From positions 12,958,001-13,022,000 of the forward strand of contig OX597818.1 in assembly GCA_951406725.2 (NCBI GenBank): 64,000 bases of DNA, read 5' to 3'. A model generated the notes under the pieces. That model was not told where the DNA came from, made no database searches, and saw only the letters and a list, made by a program, of their open reading frames with translations. Every line of letters starts with the position of its first letter. Positions within the stretch are counted from its first letter, which is position 1. Both the position numbers and the translations under genes were made by a program. Shown one piece after another: positions 14,501 through 28,344 of the stretch. The DNA comes from Octopus vulgaris. Taxonomy: Eukaryota.

Positions 14501-14708
14501 GCGTAATGTATATTTATAATATAATATACTATGGTTTATGTATGGGTGTGTCAGTGAGACATAATTGAAAGAACCGTTGGTATTGGGGATAGACACGTTA
14601 TAGATAAGAGCTAATAAAAGTCTATAGTTCAGAAAAAAATATAATCTGCCATAAAAAAGGATGACAAGTACAATGGTGAGCTCTGAGCTATGCAGGAAGG
14701 TAGCTGAG

Positions 14709-14729
14709 GAGAGAGAAAGAGAGAGAGAG

Positions 14730-14787
<58 letters not shown>
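14709..14787. repeat. (GA)n microsatellite
   Basis: Direct reading. Confidence 0.95.
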
Positions 14788-14788
<1 letters not shown>

Positions 14789-15453
14789 AGTGATTGATAA
14801 GAAGAAAGAAAAAAGTGAGAGAGATAGTTAAATATAAGGTTTTCCTTAAAAATCCGTTCCAGTTCGTGGTTGACTTTTCCGGAAATACGAAGTGCGAGGC
14901 TAAAACTTTCAAAGGAAATAGTGTAGTGCAGAATCTTAACAGTATGCGGCAAAAGTGGGAAGTAACTCCACTGGTATGCACTCCATTAAATTGCGAACGA
15001 GCATGTTACCCACACATTCCAGCGTATGAAACTAAATTCTCCTCGAAGTGAGGATATTAATAACGAAAATTCGGACTGCATATACTCAACTCCGCTGTAC
15101 AATAAGTACAATTTATACCGAATCACCCCACTTGTACTGAGGCGGATAATAAGTCTTTTACAGACGGAGGCGGATGATAAGTCTTTTACGAAAAAAGAAA
15201 CGAGTGCCCTGGCTTTGGAAATCACTGAGGGCTATTTTGTCCGAGAAAGCAAGAACTAATCAAGAGTCGATTGATGTCGAAAGCTCCCCATGATAAATAT
15301 CGAAGGAAAATTAAATATTTTCATCAAAAGATATACTGAACGAAATGCTTGATATTGAATGCATTGACGCAAGTAACGAAAGGGGAGTGTGTCAATGTAA
15401 CCTAGATGCTTTGAACACATATTAGTAATCACCCATTTTATTGGAGAAACAAA

Positions 15454-15580
15454 ATGGAACAACTCAGAGTAGGGCTTCATAACTGCAGCAACAAATCGCG
15501 AAGCAATACTGACGGCGGAGACAAGAAATTCCGTCATCATAATGCACACTCCAACTGGCACACTTGCAAGAGAATTGCAG
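15454..15580 (+). CDS. Possible first coding exon of an unidentified host gene
   Basis: AAAATGG start context, an open frame of 42 codons (MEQLRVGLHNCSNKSRSNTDGGDKKFRHHNAHSNWHTCKRIA), and a CAG|GTAATT donor, in unique and GC-richer sequence. No recognisable homology. Confidence 0.25.
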
Positions 15581-15825
15581 GTAATTAAGCCAGTTAAGCC
15601 TTTATTGATGAAATAACAGTTATAACATTATCAGGGAATTGGACAGATATATAAGCTCGTTGAAGATGGTCGATGGTCACTCGTTATCGACTAAAATAGA
15701 AAATAGGGAAGTTTCGAAACCTAATTATACATAAGGGAATGTATTCTTACCAGAATCCAAAGAGCAACGGGAAATACGAATATATTTTCATAATACCTAC
15801 ATACACCCATACATATGTACATATA

Positions 15826-15854
15826 TATAAATATAAATATAAATATAAATATAA

Positions 15855-15926
<72 letters not shown>

Positions 15927-15929
15927 GTG

Positions 15930-15965
<36 letters not shown>
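15826..15965. repeat. (AAATAT)n and (TA)n microsatellite
   Basis: Direct reading. Confidence 0.93.
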
Positions 15966-15969
<4 letters not shown>

Positions 15970-16059
15970 AATATATTCATGCATTTGAATATATAGACAT
16001 ACACAAACACACGCGTATGCATATATGTATATATATGTGTATGCATGTATATATATATA

Positions 16060-16439
16060 TCTATATATAAACGGCAGTTTGTCTGTCTGCGTGTCTGTGT
16101 GTCTGTTAGGTTGCACCCTCACCCTGACCACGGCTTTCGACCGATTCTGATGAAACCTGACACACACATAGCCCAATGTCATAATTCAAAACTAACGCAC
16201 TGAAAATTTTGAAAAGTTCCCCCAGTTCTGAAAAAAATCGATAAATTCGACATGGGGTCGAGAATAAGAAACACAAACCACAGACTGTCTAGGGGACGCA
16301 ACTTGACCTTTTTAACTCTCAAAAAATATTTACCATATTTTTTTTTCAATTTTTTTGCTATTTTTTGGCTATAACTCTCTAAAAATGCTTTATAGTTATT
16401 TCCCTTACAAACCCGACCAACGCCGGGCGATACTGCTAG
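16060..16439 (+). mobile_element. Non-autonomous Helitron
   Basis: 5' TC (A|TCTATATATAAA), internal (GTCT)n, subterminal hairpin CCCG-ACCAACGC-CGGG and 3' CTAG|T. Inserted between A and T with no TSD. Confidence 0.8.
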
Positions 16440-18764
16440 TATATATATATATAGTTAAATATATTCATGCATTTGAATATGTAGACATGCACAAACACAC
16501 GTATGCATATCTATCTATCTATCTATATATATATCTATCTATATATATATACATGTGTATGTGTGTGTGCGTGTGTGTATGTGTGTGTGTCTGTGTGTAT
16601 ATGTGTGTGTATGTGTGTGTGTGTGTGCGATGTGTGTACACATTAAGATCATCAATACGGATTATGTAGACGATTAAAACACAACGATCTGTATCCGGGA
16701 ATCTGTTTTCATTCAGCGAAATGTTCATTGGGATTCAAAATCTAGAATGCTGCTGAAATGAGCAATAATATAGTAAATTGTAAAAGAGCGGAGGAGTCAA
16801 ATTACATTTTATGGAGGTATACGCATAAACTCACGATACTGCAGCACACCCAGCTCCACGAAACTGGGCTGAAATATGATTTGAACCAAGGAGATAAAAG
16901 TGTAGACTAAAATATCGAATATACATTTTATAAATATGTTTATATTTCCTTAGGTATGTAATATCGTGCAATATTTATAAATTAATATCAACAACAAATA
17001 TATTTATATATTTCTATATTTATGCTTCAGGCCGAGGATCAGAACGAGAATTATCGTAATATTTCATTTAACAACCTTTTATTTTACGAATATTTACAAT
17101 ACTCCCATTGATTTCAAGTTTACATATTTTATTACAAATTTATTGTCACGCGTTTCAAACGACATAAAAGCTCTTAAAGTAATTACTGGTTTCTGAGTTA
17201 ACATCTTTTGATATACATACACATAGGTGTATAAATAAATATGCCCATAGCATGTCGGTTTCCATTCAATAAGATTTTCCATTTACACGAGCACACAAAC
17301 GCAATCACACATACACACACAGATTCTTATCCGTTATGTCTTCTCCTATTCTTATACTCCTTTCACTTATTTCGATGAGCTTCACAAGTGAGGCATATCT
17401 CAAATAGGGCAGTATTAGCAATGCTTCTGCTAATTAGCTCCATGGCAACTGGCGTGTTTATCTAACCTCTCTACGTTTCTTCAAAATGTTCTTGTTGGTA
17501 TTTTAAAGGTTAAAAACAAATTCATTTATGTGAACGGTTACAGGGTTCCTTCGTTGATGTTAATTTCGAATATGGTCCAAAGTTATACACCATGCGCCAA
17601 TTATGGAGATTGTATGTGGTCCTCAATTTTCTCAGAATAATTGCCAGCATCAGGTGTCATACGATTCTCTAGTAATTTTTTTGTCTTTTACAAACTTTTC
17701 ACTAGTAGTCTTCTTTTACAGTTTTGGAACGCACGAGGTACGAATATATATATATACATATATATATATCTTCCTAATTGTAAGCTGATGTGGTTGCATG
17801 CTTAACAGCACATCTCGTCTTAGAGTGAGAAGTAGCGACTTTTATCATGAACAATCAATACAACCTCACCCACATCTTGAATATATATAGCAGAAAAATA
17901 ACATGAATATATATGCATTCATTTTCGTATGATTTGAAGCACAAACATACCTATGTTTCATATAATTATTAATGTTACGTTTTACTAGACGCTGCGATTA
18001 GATGTGGACAGCGAAAACAACCTGTATAAACATACTGCTTCAGTTTCTCACCCCATGACAAAGAAACACATTTAACTGAAATGATCAATGAGCAAACCCA
18101 AACAAGATTTTTGGGCTACATTCAAAACATTTTTAATACATCTGAACAGTATCAACAGGGAAGCGGTGGAATGAATTGTATTTCCTAGACACATTTATAA
18201 TAAGCATGACTTAATATCATTACCTATGTTTATATAGATTCACCAGTAATAGACGTGAATATTATCATCGTCATCATAACGATAATGCCCATTATACTGA
18301 TCATGTTTATCGTGACTGTGGTCGTGATAATTTTCATGTACTCCATTGCAATACCATTAGATATTGTGTATAATTTTTTTACAATATACCAAGTGATGGT
18401 TTTCTGTGTAACGCTAAATACCACAGATTGTTTCTGTTGTTGTTGGGTCTGTTATTGTAGTCTGTTACATCCAATATGGTTTCACATTCGCATTATGATT
18501 TATCGCCATCCTTCATATAATTCATATAGTCCATAGAATGGGAGAAAACACTCTCACTTGGAGTTCTCAAAATGTCAACAACTTAATTATGGAAGATAAG
18601 TACAGTTATTGCTAGTATAAAAATTCTTAAAATAAACTTACCGAAAAATACTTTGACAACATGTCAAAAACACTCATACTTTATACGCGTTATCTTCAAC
18701 AAAACATTCAATTCATATAGGCTGACACAGAATGTAATAAGAAACCATTACTATTATCAGTATT

Positions 18765-19062
18765 ATTAGCACGTTGGACGAAATGCTTAGCGGTATTTCG
18801 TCTGTGAGTTCAAATTCCGCCGAGGTCGACTTTGCCTTTCATCGTTTCGGGGTCGATAAATTAAGTACCAGTTACGCACTGGGGTCGATGTAATCGACTT
18901 AATACCTATGTCTGTCCTTGTTTGTCCCCTCTGTGTTTAGCCCCTTGTGGGTAATAAAGAAATAGGTATTTCGCCGTTCGCTACGTTTTCATTTCAAATT
19001 CTGCAGAGGTCATCCTCCCGGGTCCGATAAACTAAGTGCCAGTGAAATCCTGGGGTCGATAA
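18765..19062 (+). mobile_element. tRNA-derived SINE (second family), tandem partial copies
   Basis: GAGTTCAAATTCC B-box followed by GCCGAGGTCGACTTTGCCTTTCATC..GGGGTCGATAAATTAAGTACCAG, shared with copies at 19.75, 54.2 and 57.9 kb. Confidence 0.85.
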
Positions 19063-19279
19063 ACTTAAAGACTGGCGATGTCATTTCGTGATCGTGTGAC
19101 ACCGGCTACTCTCGTTCATACTTTGAATTTAAATTTCTAAAATTTTGAATTTTTATCACTTCTTATTGGGAACTCGACAAAGACAGGTTTGCTGTCGAAA
19201 TATCGTTAAGAAAAATAATATCCATTGCAAACGCAATGCGCTCTTCGTCAATACTTTTAAAATTTCATTATTATCATTG

Positions 19280-19587
19280 TTACCTCCGCCTTAGCGAAGG
19301 CGGAAGTATTGTTTTTCAGTCGCGTTTGTCTTTTAGTCTGGTTGTCTTTGGACAATATATCTCAAGAACCACTAGATGGATTCGATTGTAACTTTCAAGG
19401 ATTCTGGAAAATTTCTCTTCTTCTTTTTTACTAAATTTTTGAGAGCGATCTGGTTATAAGTATTCTGGTTTGCGAGAGCAGTCGAGTTCGTTTCATATAT
19501 TCTTATTTTAAAAATCCTCTCTGCCTACTAGTGGAGAGGATGTTGATGTTACCTTGGCGGAGGTTTGTGATCTCTGAGTTTTCTTGT
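19280..19587 (+). mobile_element. Helentron-associated non-autonomous element (HINE/DINE-1-like)
   Basis: Subterminal inverted repeat ACCTCCGCC (19282) and GGCGGAGGT (19556), 5' hairpin CCGCCTT-AGCG-AAGGCGG, and TT-rich insertion context. Confidence 0.65.
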
Positions 19588-19607
19588 TGTTGTTGTTGTT
19601 GTTGTTG

Positions 19608-19678
<71 letters not shown>

Positions 19679-19745
19679 ATTATTATTATTATCATTATCA
19701 TCATCATCATCATCATTATTATTATCAGTATTACTATTATAATAA
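19588..19745. repeat. (TTG)n(TTA)n(TCA)n compound microsatellite
   Basis: Direct reading. Confidence 0.95.
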
Positions 19746-19752
19746 TATAAGT

Positions 19753-19948
19753 CTGTGAGCTGGTAGAAACGTTAGCACGCCGGGCGAAATGATTAGCAGT
19801 ATTTCGTCTGTCTGTACGTTCTGAGTTCAAATTCCGCCGAGGTCGACTTTGCTTTTCATTATTTCGGGGTCGATAAATTAAGTACGTGTTGCGTACCGGT
19901 GTCGATCTAATTGACTGGACCCATCCCACCAAATTTTGGACCTTGTGC
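19753..19948 (+). mobile_element. tRNA-derived SINE
   Basis: GAGCTGGTAGAAACGTTAGC head, GAGTTCAAATTCC B-box, and the same body as the 18.8 kb copy. Confidence 0.85.
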
Positions 19949-19949
19949 A

Positions 19950-20245
19950 GGGGTAACATCAACTAACATGATATTCTGGTACTTTTTGTTGTCTACCATG
20001 AGTTGAACTTACCTATCTTTTTTTCTGTTATTTTCTGTGCTGTTCCAGGATTTACTCCTGTATAGCGGGCAGGTCCCTTTTGCACCACTCTCTATGAAGG
20101 CTTTGTACTTAGTACCGGCTCCTTTGTACACTTTAATCGTGTTCCTTTGGTTGTAGCCAGAGAACTGCATGCGGTGGATGAAGTATGGTATGTGTCTTTC
20201 CAGTTCCATACGGTCGTGCATGCGAGACACATTCATCATCACTCA
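19950..20245 (-). pseudogene. Penelope-like element fragment (post-RT thumb/linker region, non-Naiad type)
   Basis: MNVSRMHDRMELERHIPYFIHRMQFSGY...GTCPLYRSKSW...(stop)...YQNIMLVDVTP resembles the F..RM..SGY...PLYR..W...FV..TP pattern I recall for invertebrate PLEs. Confidence 0.55.
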
Positions 20246-20663
20246 CGCCAAGTCATAGTAGCAAGTATATACCTTTCGTTATAAAATTTATCCCATGTCC
20301 CTAGGCTGTATGGATCAGCCGCCTAGAACTTCAAATGCTTAAGATTGTTACCTTTGTTAGGCATCAGAATTTTCAAAGGTAAATAATATTTATCGAGAGA
20401 GTGCCGTTGAAATTCGTTGTGCTATTTAATATAAACATTTATTGAGACATATGTAAGGTGCTCAGATAGCTCAGGTTTAGCTTCTAATTTAGCGCTGAAT
20501 ACTATACATAGGAGGGAAATGGGATTTATATAGAACCTGACTAGATTATCAACAGTCTCACACCTGTATACATGAAAATGAAAATCCTGCATTTGGAAAT
20601 TAAAATCCTACGCTAATTTTCTCTCGAACTGACAAATCATTACACATCCACTCTCTCTCTCAT

Positions 20664-20711
<48 letters not shown>

Positions 20712-22556
20712 ACACACACACACACATGCGCAGACACATTTGTTTTTCATTTTTCGGTGAATCCTTTCTTTGACCTGATTCTTTTCGTTGTATTTAGATA
20801 TGTATTTTTCCCAGGGCAGATATATAGCAAATATTCACTTCAGGAAGTACCATATTACAATAAAAGAATAGTTAAAATCAATATCGGTGTTGCTAATAAC
20901 ATAATGTAATATTCTTCCTAAAAATAATCAATATGACGTTGATTAGATATCTCTACTTCAACTCCATGTGGCAATCGAAACAGAACTTGATCTATTGATG
21001 TTATAATGGGTTACTAATGATTGAAATTATCTCGTTATGTCAAACATGTAATTGAGAAACTGCAAAGATTAAAAGTGTATTGTTAACTGAAAGACCTCAC
21101 TTAATACTATCATTTCATTCTTAATCTTAGTTAATCATTGAAATGCATTCCATATCTGAATGAACTCCTACTTGAAAAATATTAAACACTATCAGTAATC
21201 TTTATTTTTCTTTTGCATAAAATTTTAAACAAATCATAACACTGTATGAAATATTTTGTGCTAATTCATAAAACGTCAAGAAATCATTTACAGAAATTTC
21301 AACTGAATGAAAAACGTGTTTAGATCTAAGTGGTTCAAAATTCCCAATAAGAAGGTAATTTTACACTCAATGATCTCATTATATCATCTCTTTTCGAATA
21401 TGGCATGTGTATAATAAAGTTAGACGCAAAAGCGACTAAAATAAATTTGTTGATAATTAGTTTGTGTACCAAGATATTTCGAGGAGAAGTTAACGTCTTC
21501 ATAAATGAAACTTGTTTCCACGACCTGAATTGAAGACCTGATCTAGATATTATAGATGCGTATATCAAAACCACGGCATTAATTCATACAAAGAGATAGA
21601 GAAGATTTCCTGCATATTTAACGTTAACATTACGGTAATATATATGAAAGGCGTGACGTTATTTTATTTAGGACAGCACTCTAAATAATGATCATATTTT
21701 TACTGTTCTATTGTGATTTTATTTATCAACGAAATATCAGGAATTAATCTCCCATGATAGAAAGATATGATATCTACGACTATTATCGTGCATGGATAAC
21801 AGCATTATTGTACCATACTTTTTTACGAAAACCAATCTCAAACGTACACTCAAGCAAGTTTTGTTATCACGTCACCGGCGAATTAAATTGGTTTCGTGAT
21901 ATATGGAATATTGTCATTATTATCAGAGTATTGCTATCTATCCATATATAGAAACTTATGTGTGTGAAACTATTTTGCACATTCGTCTGTATCGCTGAGC
22001 ATTTGCATTGTTTTTAGTTTTTAGTATTTGGCATTAGGATTTGCACATTAGTTTTTCCTATATTCGTTTTACTAGTTTAAAATGAAACATCATGTAATAT
22101 TTCTACTGAATACTTGATACAACTATGACTGTAAATTACGTACAACTGGAGAATTAGGAAAGACATTACGAGACTGTTGTAAAGATACTGAGGAGTAATG
22201 AATGTTTGTTCACAAATCTGGAGTAAGAAGCAGATTGTTTATAGAAATTTCAAAGTGAAATGGAGGATGAGATGAAACAACAAAACATAAATATCAGAGA
22301 TAAGGATGGTGCAGAGATGCATACGTTGATAAACGAAATGGAAGATTGTGTTAAAAGATTCTTACTCAAATAAGTTTTGAGTGTAGTTTTGTACATAACG
22401 GTTGGCAAAATGCTGATACATATTACAGTTAAGAGTGTAAAACGTGCAATCCTGCATTGTGCAAAGAATGATTAAGATTTGAGGATATGTGTTGTCACCT
22501 AACCTCACGAAAACATCCCTGGTAACAAAAAAATCTCCTGTTATAATTATGAGATA

Positions 22557-22770
<214 letters not shown>

Positions 22771-23699
22771 GGCTGAATTACAATATAGATGTGCTACTCC
22801 GGGCTCTCCATTCAAAAACTAATCTAATCTAATAACATCAGTAAAATGGGATAAAGGAAGCGATCTTTAAATGAAAATAATCACAAGAAGGAAAGTTTCC
22901 TGCCATACAAAGCACAGTTTCTCCTATGAACAATGTTTCAGTAAAACACGTGCGAAATACACACGCAAAATTAACACCGGAATGTTTACAAATTATAAGA
23001 TATAAATGGATGGAAACAGTAAGTACACAAATTGAGTAATTACGCATACACTCGAATGTCTACTCAGTCTTATATACATTTTAATACACATAGGACTATA
23101 CATGCATTCCAATGTTTACACAACTACAGGAAATTCACAGGAGACATGCACCCATATCAAAACACATGCAACGAACGAAGCAAAAAAAAATAAAACAAAA
23201 CAAATCAATTTTTATTTTTCGAATTAACACAGAGTGAACAATTCATGTTTAAAAACACCACAAAAAATCTATGCCCGGCGATAAATCTATCAACAGCAAA
23301 TAATACAAATGGCTATAAATATGTTAGCCTTAAGAAGCTAAAGAAGATACTACTGAGGAAATGTTTATAGACCGGCCCAGAGCTGATGTAAATGCGATAA
23401 TGATTGAAAGAGCTAATGTAACTGATAAGCAAAGTGAAATATTCTCAGAACCAACTATAAACCCGAAGGTAGATGAAAATCAAATAGATGAAGAAAGTCA
23501 GACAGAAATTGACCTAACAGAACTACATGATCTAAAAATCAAATCAAGTGTTTATCGAAGAATTTTGGATATGAAGTGTTGAAGCTCAAGGTATTGCTTC
23601 TACGTGTTTTTAAAGCATGTTTGTAACATACCCAATGCTCCGCATATTATTAGTGCTATTGTTTTCAATTTCACGTTCCACATCTTGAATAATTAAATG

Positions 23700-25305
23700 T
23701 AGAGATAAAAGGTGGATAATTAAAACAGCCAGCAAGTTTGGAGGGGCAGAAAATATGCCTATGGAGAGAATAGCCAGGGATAGTTTGAACCACTGGAATA
23801 CTTTATGCATCAGAGGAAAACAAAGATTTGTGCAAGTGAACATCAGATGTGGTATATTTCAATTGGATGGCTTATGTCCATTACTATTCCTCTTGGTTAT
23901 GTTGCTTCTCAATTTGATATTGCCTAAATTTAAAACAGCTTATGATTTTTGAAATGGGTATGGTCAGATAAATCATATTTTTATGGATGGCGTTCAGCTT
24001 TATGCGAGAATTGCGAAGCAGCTTGAAAATCTTGTACATACAGTTCATATTTTCTCAAAAGATGTAGGTATGGAATTTGGGATTGAAAAGTAAACGAGGA
24101 AGATTTGAAGGAACCCAGGCAATTGAAATGCCAAATGGGCTACAAAAGAAAGCAGTTACAAAAGGACAGTGTTATAGGTATTTGGGGGATATCTGGAGGC
24201 AGATAAATACAACACGAAGCGATAAAATAAATTACCAGTAGGGTGTATAAAAGGGGATTGAGGAAATATTACAGTCAATGGTGACTTAATAAGTGTTATT
24301 AAAGCAATAAATGCCAAGGCATTACTGGTGATTAAATATAGAATTGGAATTGTAGATTTGACCACAAGCTACACAGAAAATTGACAGAAAAATTAGAAAA
24401 CCGTTGACGATGTATAGAGCCCACCATCTTAAAGTTATATTTGAAGAGACACCAGCGTGGTAGGGGTTTGATTGTTTTGGAAGAATGTGTACTGATGGAA
24501 AGAAAAAGAACTACTGGAATATTTACAAAACAACAAAGAGAAATTAGTAAAGCCAGTGAGTAAAGAAAAAAATTATCAAGTGTGGAATAGCAGGAAAGAA
24601 CAATAATGAAATTCAATGCGAGCATGTTGAACAGGTTGATGAGAAAGAGTTGCATGGTCAGTATTAGAAAACCAGTGAGGATGTAGGTGGAACAGAATCC
24701 TGGGAATTAAAATAAGAAAGCTAGAGAAATATTATAGCAGCTGGTGATCAAACGATAAAAACCTATACAACTTCAGAAAATATATGTACGGGGAGAAGGT
24801 GTCAGAAGAATGTTGTGAGTAGAAATTAGAATGATACAGATGTACATATTATTGCAGAATATCCCAAGTTGTCACAGTGAAAATATAAGAAATGGAGCCA
24901 TGATCAAGTTGTGAAAGTTTTACACTGGAAACTTTGTCCTGGAGTCGGAAAAGTGCAAAATTTATGGGTTTCCCTATCTAAATGGATAAGAAACATGGAA
25001 ATAATAAACCCGCCATAATAATAATAGGCAAAGAAATGCGAAATTTCTTAGAAATTGATAAATCCTGCCATTTGATTCTAGAAATGTAAAGAAAGAGGAT
25101 GAAAAATTAAAACGATTCAATCCCATAAATTTTGAGATTGCAAGAATTTGGAGTATGAAAACTCTAAAGGTTGTGCTTAGAATACTTCTTGCATTGGGAA
25201 CTGTGAGCAAAGATATAGACAAATGGAATGTCCTCTAGATCATCTACAGAAAGGTTGCTCCTTAGAGACAAGAAAAAATTATCAACAGGATTTTAAGCCC
25301 ATGAA
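23700..25305 (+). mobile_element. Degenerate R4/Dong-like (restriction-like endonuclease) non-LTR retrotransposon
   Basis: Motifs in order: NIRCGIFQLDGLCPLLF (GIFQGDSLSPLLF-like), INHIFMDGVQLYA (FMDD-like), FSKDVGMEFGIEK, YRYLG, KWSHDQVVKVLHWKLC (RHD motif), LALGTVSK, LQKGC...IINRIL. Many stops and frameshifts. Confidence 0.8.
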
Positions 25306-25346
25306 TGATTATTTAAATGTTGTGGATATCTAAAATTATGCGCTAG

Positions 25347-25859
25347 TGACATGCAGTAACAGGCAACGGCTCTCATGACTTCTGGTCTTATCTGATTGGA
25401 AGTGTTATCTTGTGCATTCTTTTGTCTTCGCATAAAAGATAAGTTACAGCAAATATTCTACTCAATACCATAGGTTTGCATGTCAGTTGTGTGAATTTAT
25501 CAAGTTGAGCATGTCCCTTAGAGGATGATGATATGTGCTTCTCTTATCACAAGCAGATGTAATAGGGGAGCACCACAGCCATATGCTGAGAGGAATTCTT
25601 TAAGGTTTGGATAATTCACCTATGGAAACAGATGTTTCGTTCAACATCCTTAAACAAACCTTATTCAGGGACTTTTAGAGCGTGATAGGATACTCGTCCA
25701 GAAGAAAATTTTAACTGGGCCTCACCTGCAAGGTCATGTGATGCTTATCTTGATAGGAGAACACCATGGTTGTCATGCATGTGCCTGGTGTACTCTTATC
25801 AGACGGGTAGTCTTGACGGTTATACTGAGTTTCGTACATTTTATTCCAGTGTCACACTC
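25347..25859. mobile_element. Non-coding ~500-bp interspersed repeat, copy 1, adjoining (TAA)n
   Basis: Colinear with 26373-26848 (GGCTCTCATG...CTGATTGGAAGTGTTATC...CCAGTGTCACTCA). Confidence 0.8.
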
Positions 25860-25866
25860 AGTAATA

Positions 25867-25920
<54 letters not shown>

Positions 25921-25925
25921 GTGTC

Positions 25926-26372
<447 letters not shown>

Positions 26373-26373
<1 letters not shown>

Positions 26374-26848
26374 TGCCCTGATGCTGTACCAGACAGTGGC
26401 TCTCATGGCATCTGATCTTAACTGATTGGAAGTGTTATCATGTGCATTGTTTTGTCTTGGTATAAAATATGGGCTACAGCAAATATTCTGCTCAATACCA
26501 CATATTTGCTTGTCAGTTGTTTGACCTTAACCGTTTGACGATATGTGCATCTCTGGTCATGAGCAGAAGTAGTGGAGGAGCATCATAGCCGTGTGTTGAA
26601 ATGAATTCTTGGAGGTTTGAATAATTCACCTATGGAAACATGGGTGGTTCATCCAACAACAGTAAACAATCCTTATTCAAGGACCATTTGAGCGGGATGG
26701 ACTACTCGATCAGAAGAAAATTCTAACTGGGCCCCAACAGCAAGGTCATGTGCTTTTTATCTTGATATGCGATCACCATGTCACCTTATCAGACGGGTAG
26801 TCATGATGGGTATACTGGGCTTCGTATATTGTACCCCAGTGTCACTCA
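26373..26848. mobile_element. Non-coding ~480-bp interspersed repeat, copy 2, between (TAA)n tracts
   Basis: Diverged direct copy of 25347-25859. Confidence 0.8.
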
Positions 26849-27584
26849 ATAATAATAATATTGATGATGATGATGATGAAGACGACGACGATGACGATGA
26901 TGATATTAATGATGCCGATGATTTATTTTTCAAATTTTGTAAGGTCAAAGTTATTCGTAACGATAATAGCAATCGCTTCGTACATTGCAAAGAGTCACAC
27001 AATTTCAGGGATATGTTCTCACCAAGATAAATAAAGGAAACTTTAAGAATAGCTTTGGCAGCAATGTTTATCTAACTTATGTATCATTGCCTCATAGAAC
27101 CTTTGTGTTACAAATATTCATCGTAGTCGGCAGTATAATGATAATAAAGCTGTCAAGATATGGTCCACATCGGAAGAAGAACTCTTCGCCAATATTTGGT
27201 GTAAAGACACCACCACCACCACCACCACCACCACCACCACCTATAAGTCCATGATTAATGATATAGTGCGTGTTATAGAAATATCACGCATAAAATCTGA
27301 GAAATTGTTTGCACAGTACGAGACTGTACAAAAAAGTAATACAGTAGTATAGAGAAGAATAATGGCACTTTAGATGCAGAGGAGTCACACATAAATACAG
27401 GAAGAAAATCCTTTTATTCTGTATGTATATTTTATAGTGGTACATTAAAGAAAGAATGACAGTAAACAACATTATCGTAGTAAAATCTTTGGACCATAAG
27501 CGTAGATTTAAACCAGGCATTAAAACCCAACATGCCAGCTATCTTAGAAAGCTACATTTACACAGCCGAAAAAAGTATATATGT

Positions 27585-27640
<56 letters not shown>

Positions 27641-27990
27641 ATACAAATTACGTAGCTTAATATAAATGCTAAGTATCGCAATAACGAATACGAGATGAAG
27701 TTGTAAATCAGGGTTTCCGATCTAGCACCACGGAAAGCAAAATAAATATAAAACCGCACCACATAAATACATATTGTTGATCTACGATGTAACACCATAC
27801 GAAAGGAACGCACTTTTTGGATGTTCATTGTGTGTGTTTGTGTTTGTATGTGTATGTGTGTTACGTGTGTTTGTGTATGTGCATACATATGTATTTGAAA
27901 GTTAAAGAAACTGAGATAGGGCAAGAGAAAGAATCAATGGACTATACTAAACGTCAGGGGATCTAATTATAGAAAACCTTAAGAAACATT

Positions 27991-28344
27991 ATACTTGGTT
28001 TTTGGATTTGGTTTGCAAGATTCTTTATATGAGTTCTTGTATTGAAATATATTATGTTGTGTCTGGGGAGAGTCATATTCTTTTTGTGCCTTATAATGTA
28101 ACACACTCACCGGTAAAATTTCCACTTTTTTTTCTTATTTTTATTGTCCTAAAAGTTTCGTTGCGTCTTGCAACCTTTTCAATAGTTTTGAAGTGTCAAA
28201 ACTATTGAAAAGGTTGCAAGACGCAACGAAACAACGAAAGTTTTAGGACAATAAAAATAAGAAAAAAGTGGAAATTTTACCGGTGAGTGTGTTACATTAT
28301 AAGGCACAAAAAGAATATGACTCTCCCCAGACACAACATTATAT
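27991..28344. repeat. Near-perfect ~295-bp fold-back with 4-nt loop and possible one-sided extension
   Basis: 28049-28191 pairs with 28196-28344 around loop AGTG. The right arm has a short CAACGAAA duplication. Confidence 0.9.

Noticed and set aside
17372-17400. CGATGA-GCTTCAC-AA-GTGAGGC hairpin resembling a hammerhead half
   Set aside because: No GAAA or stem III follows.
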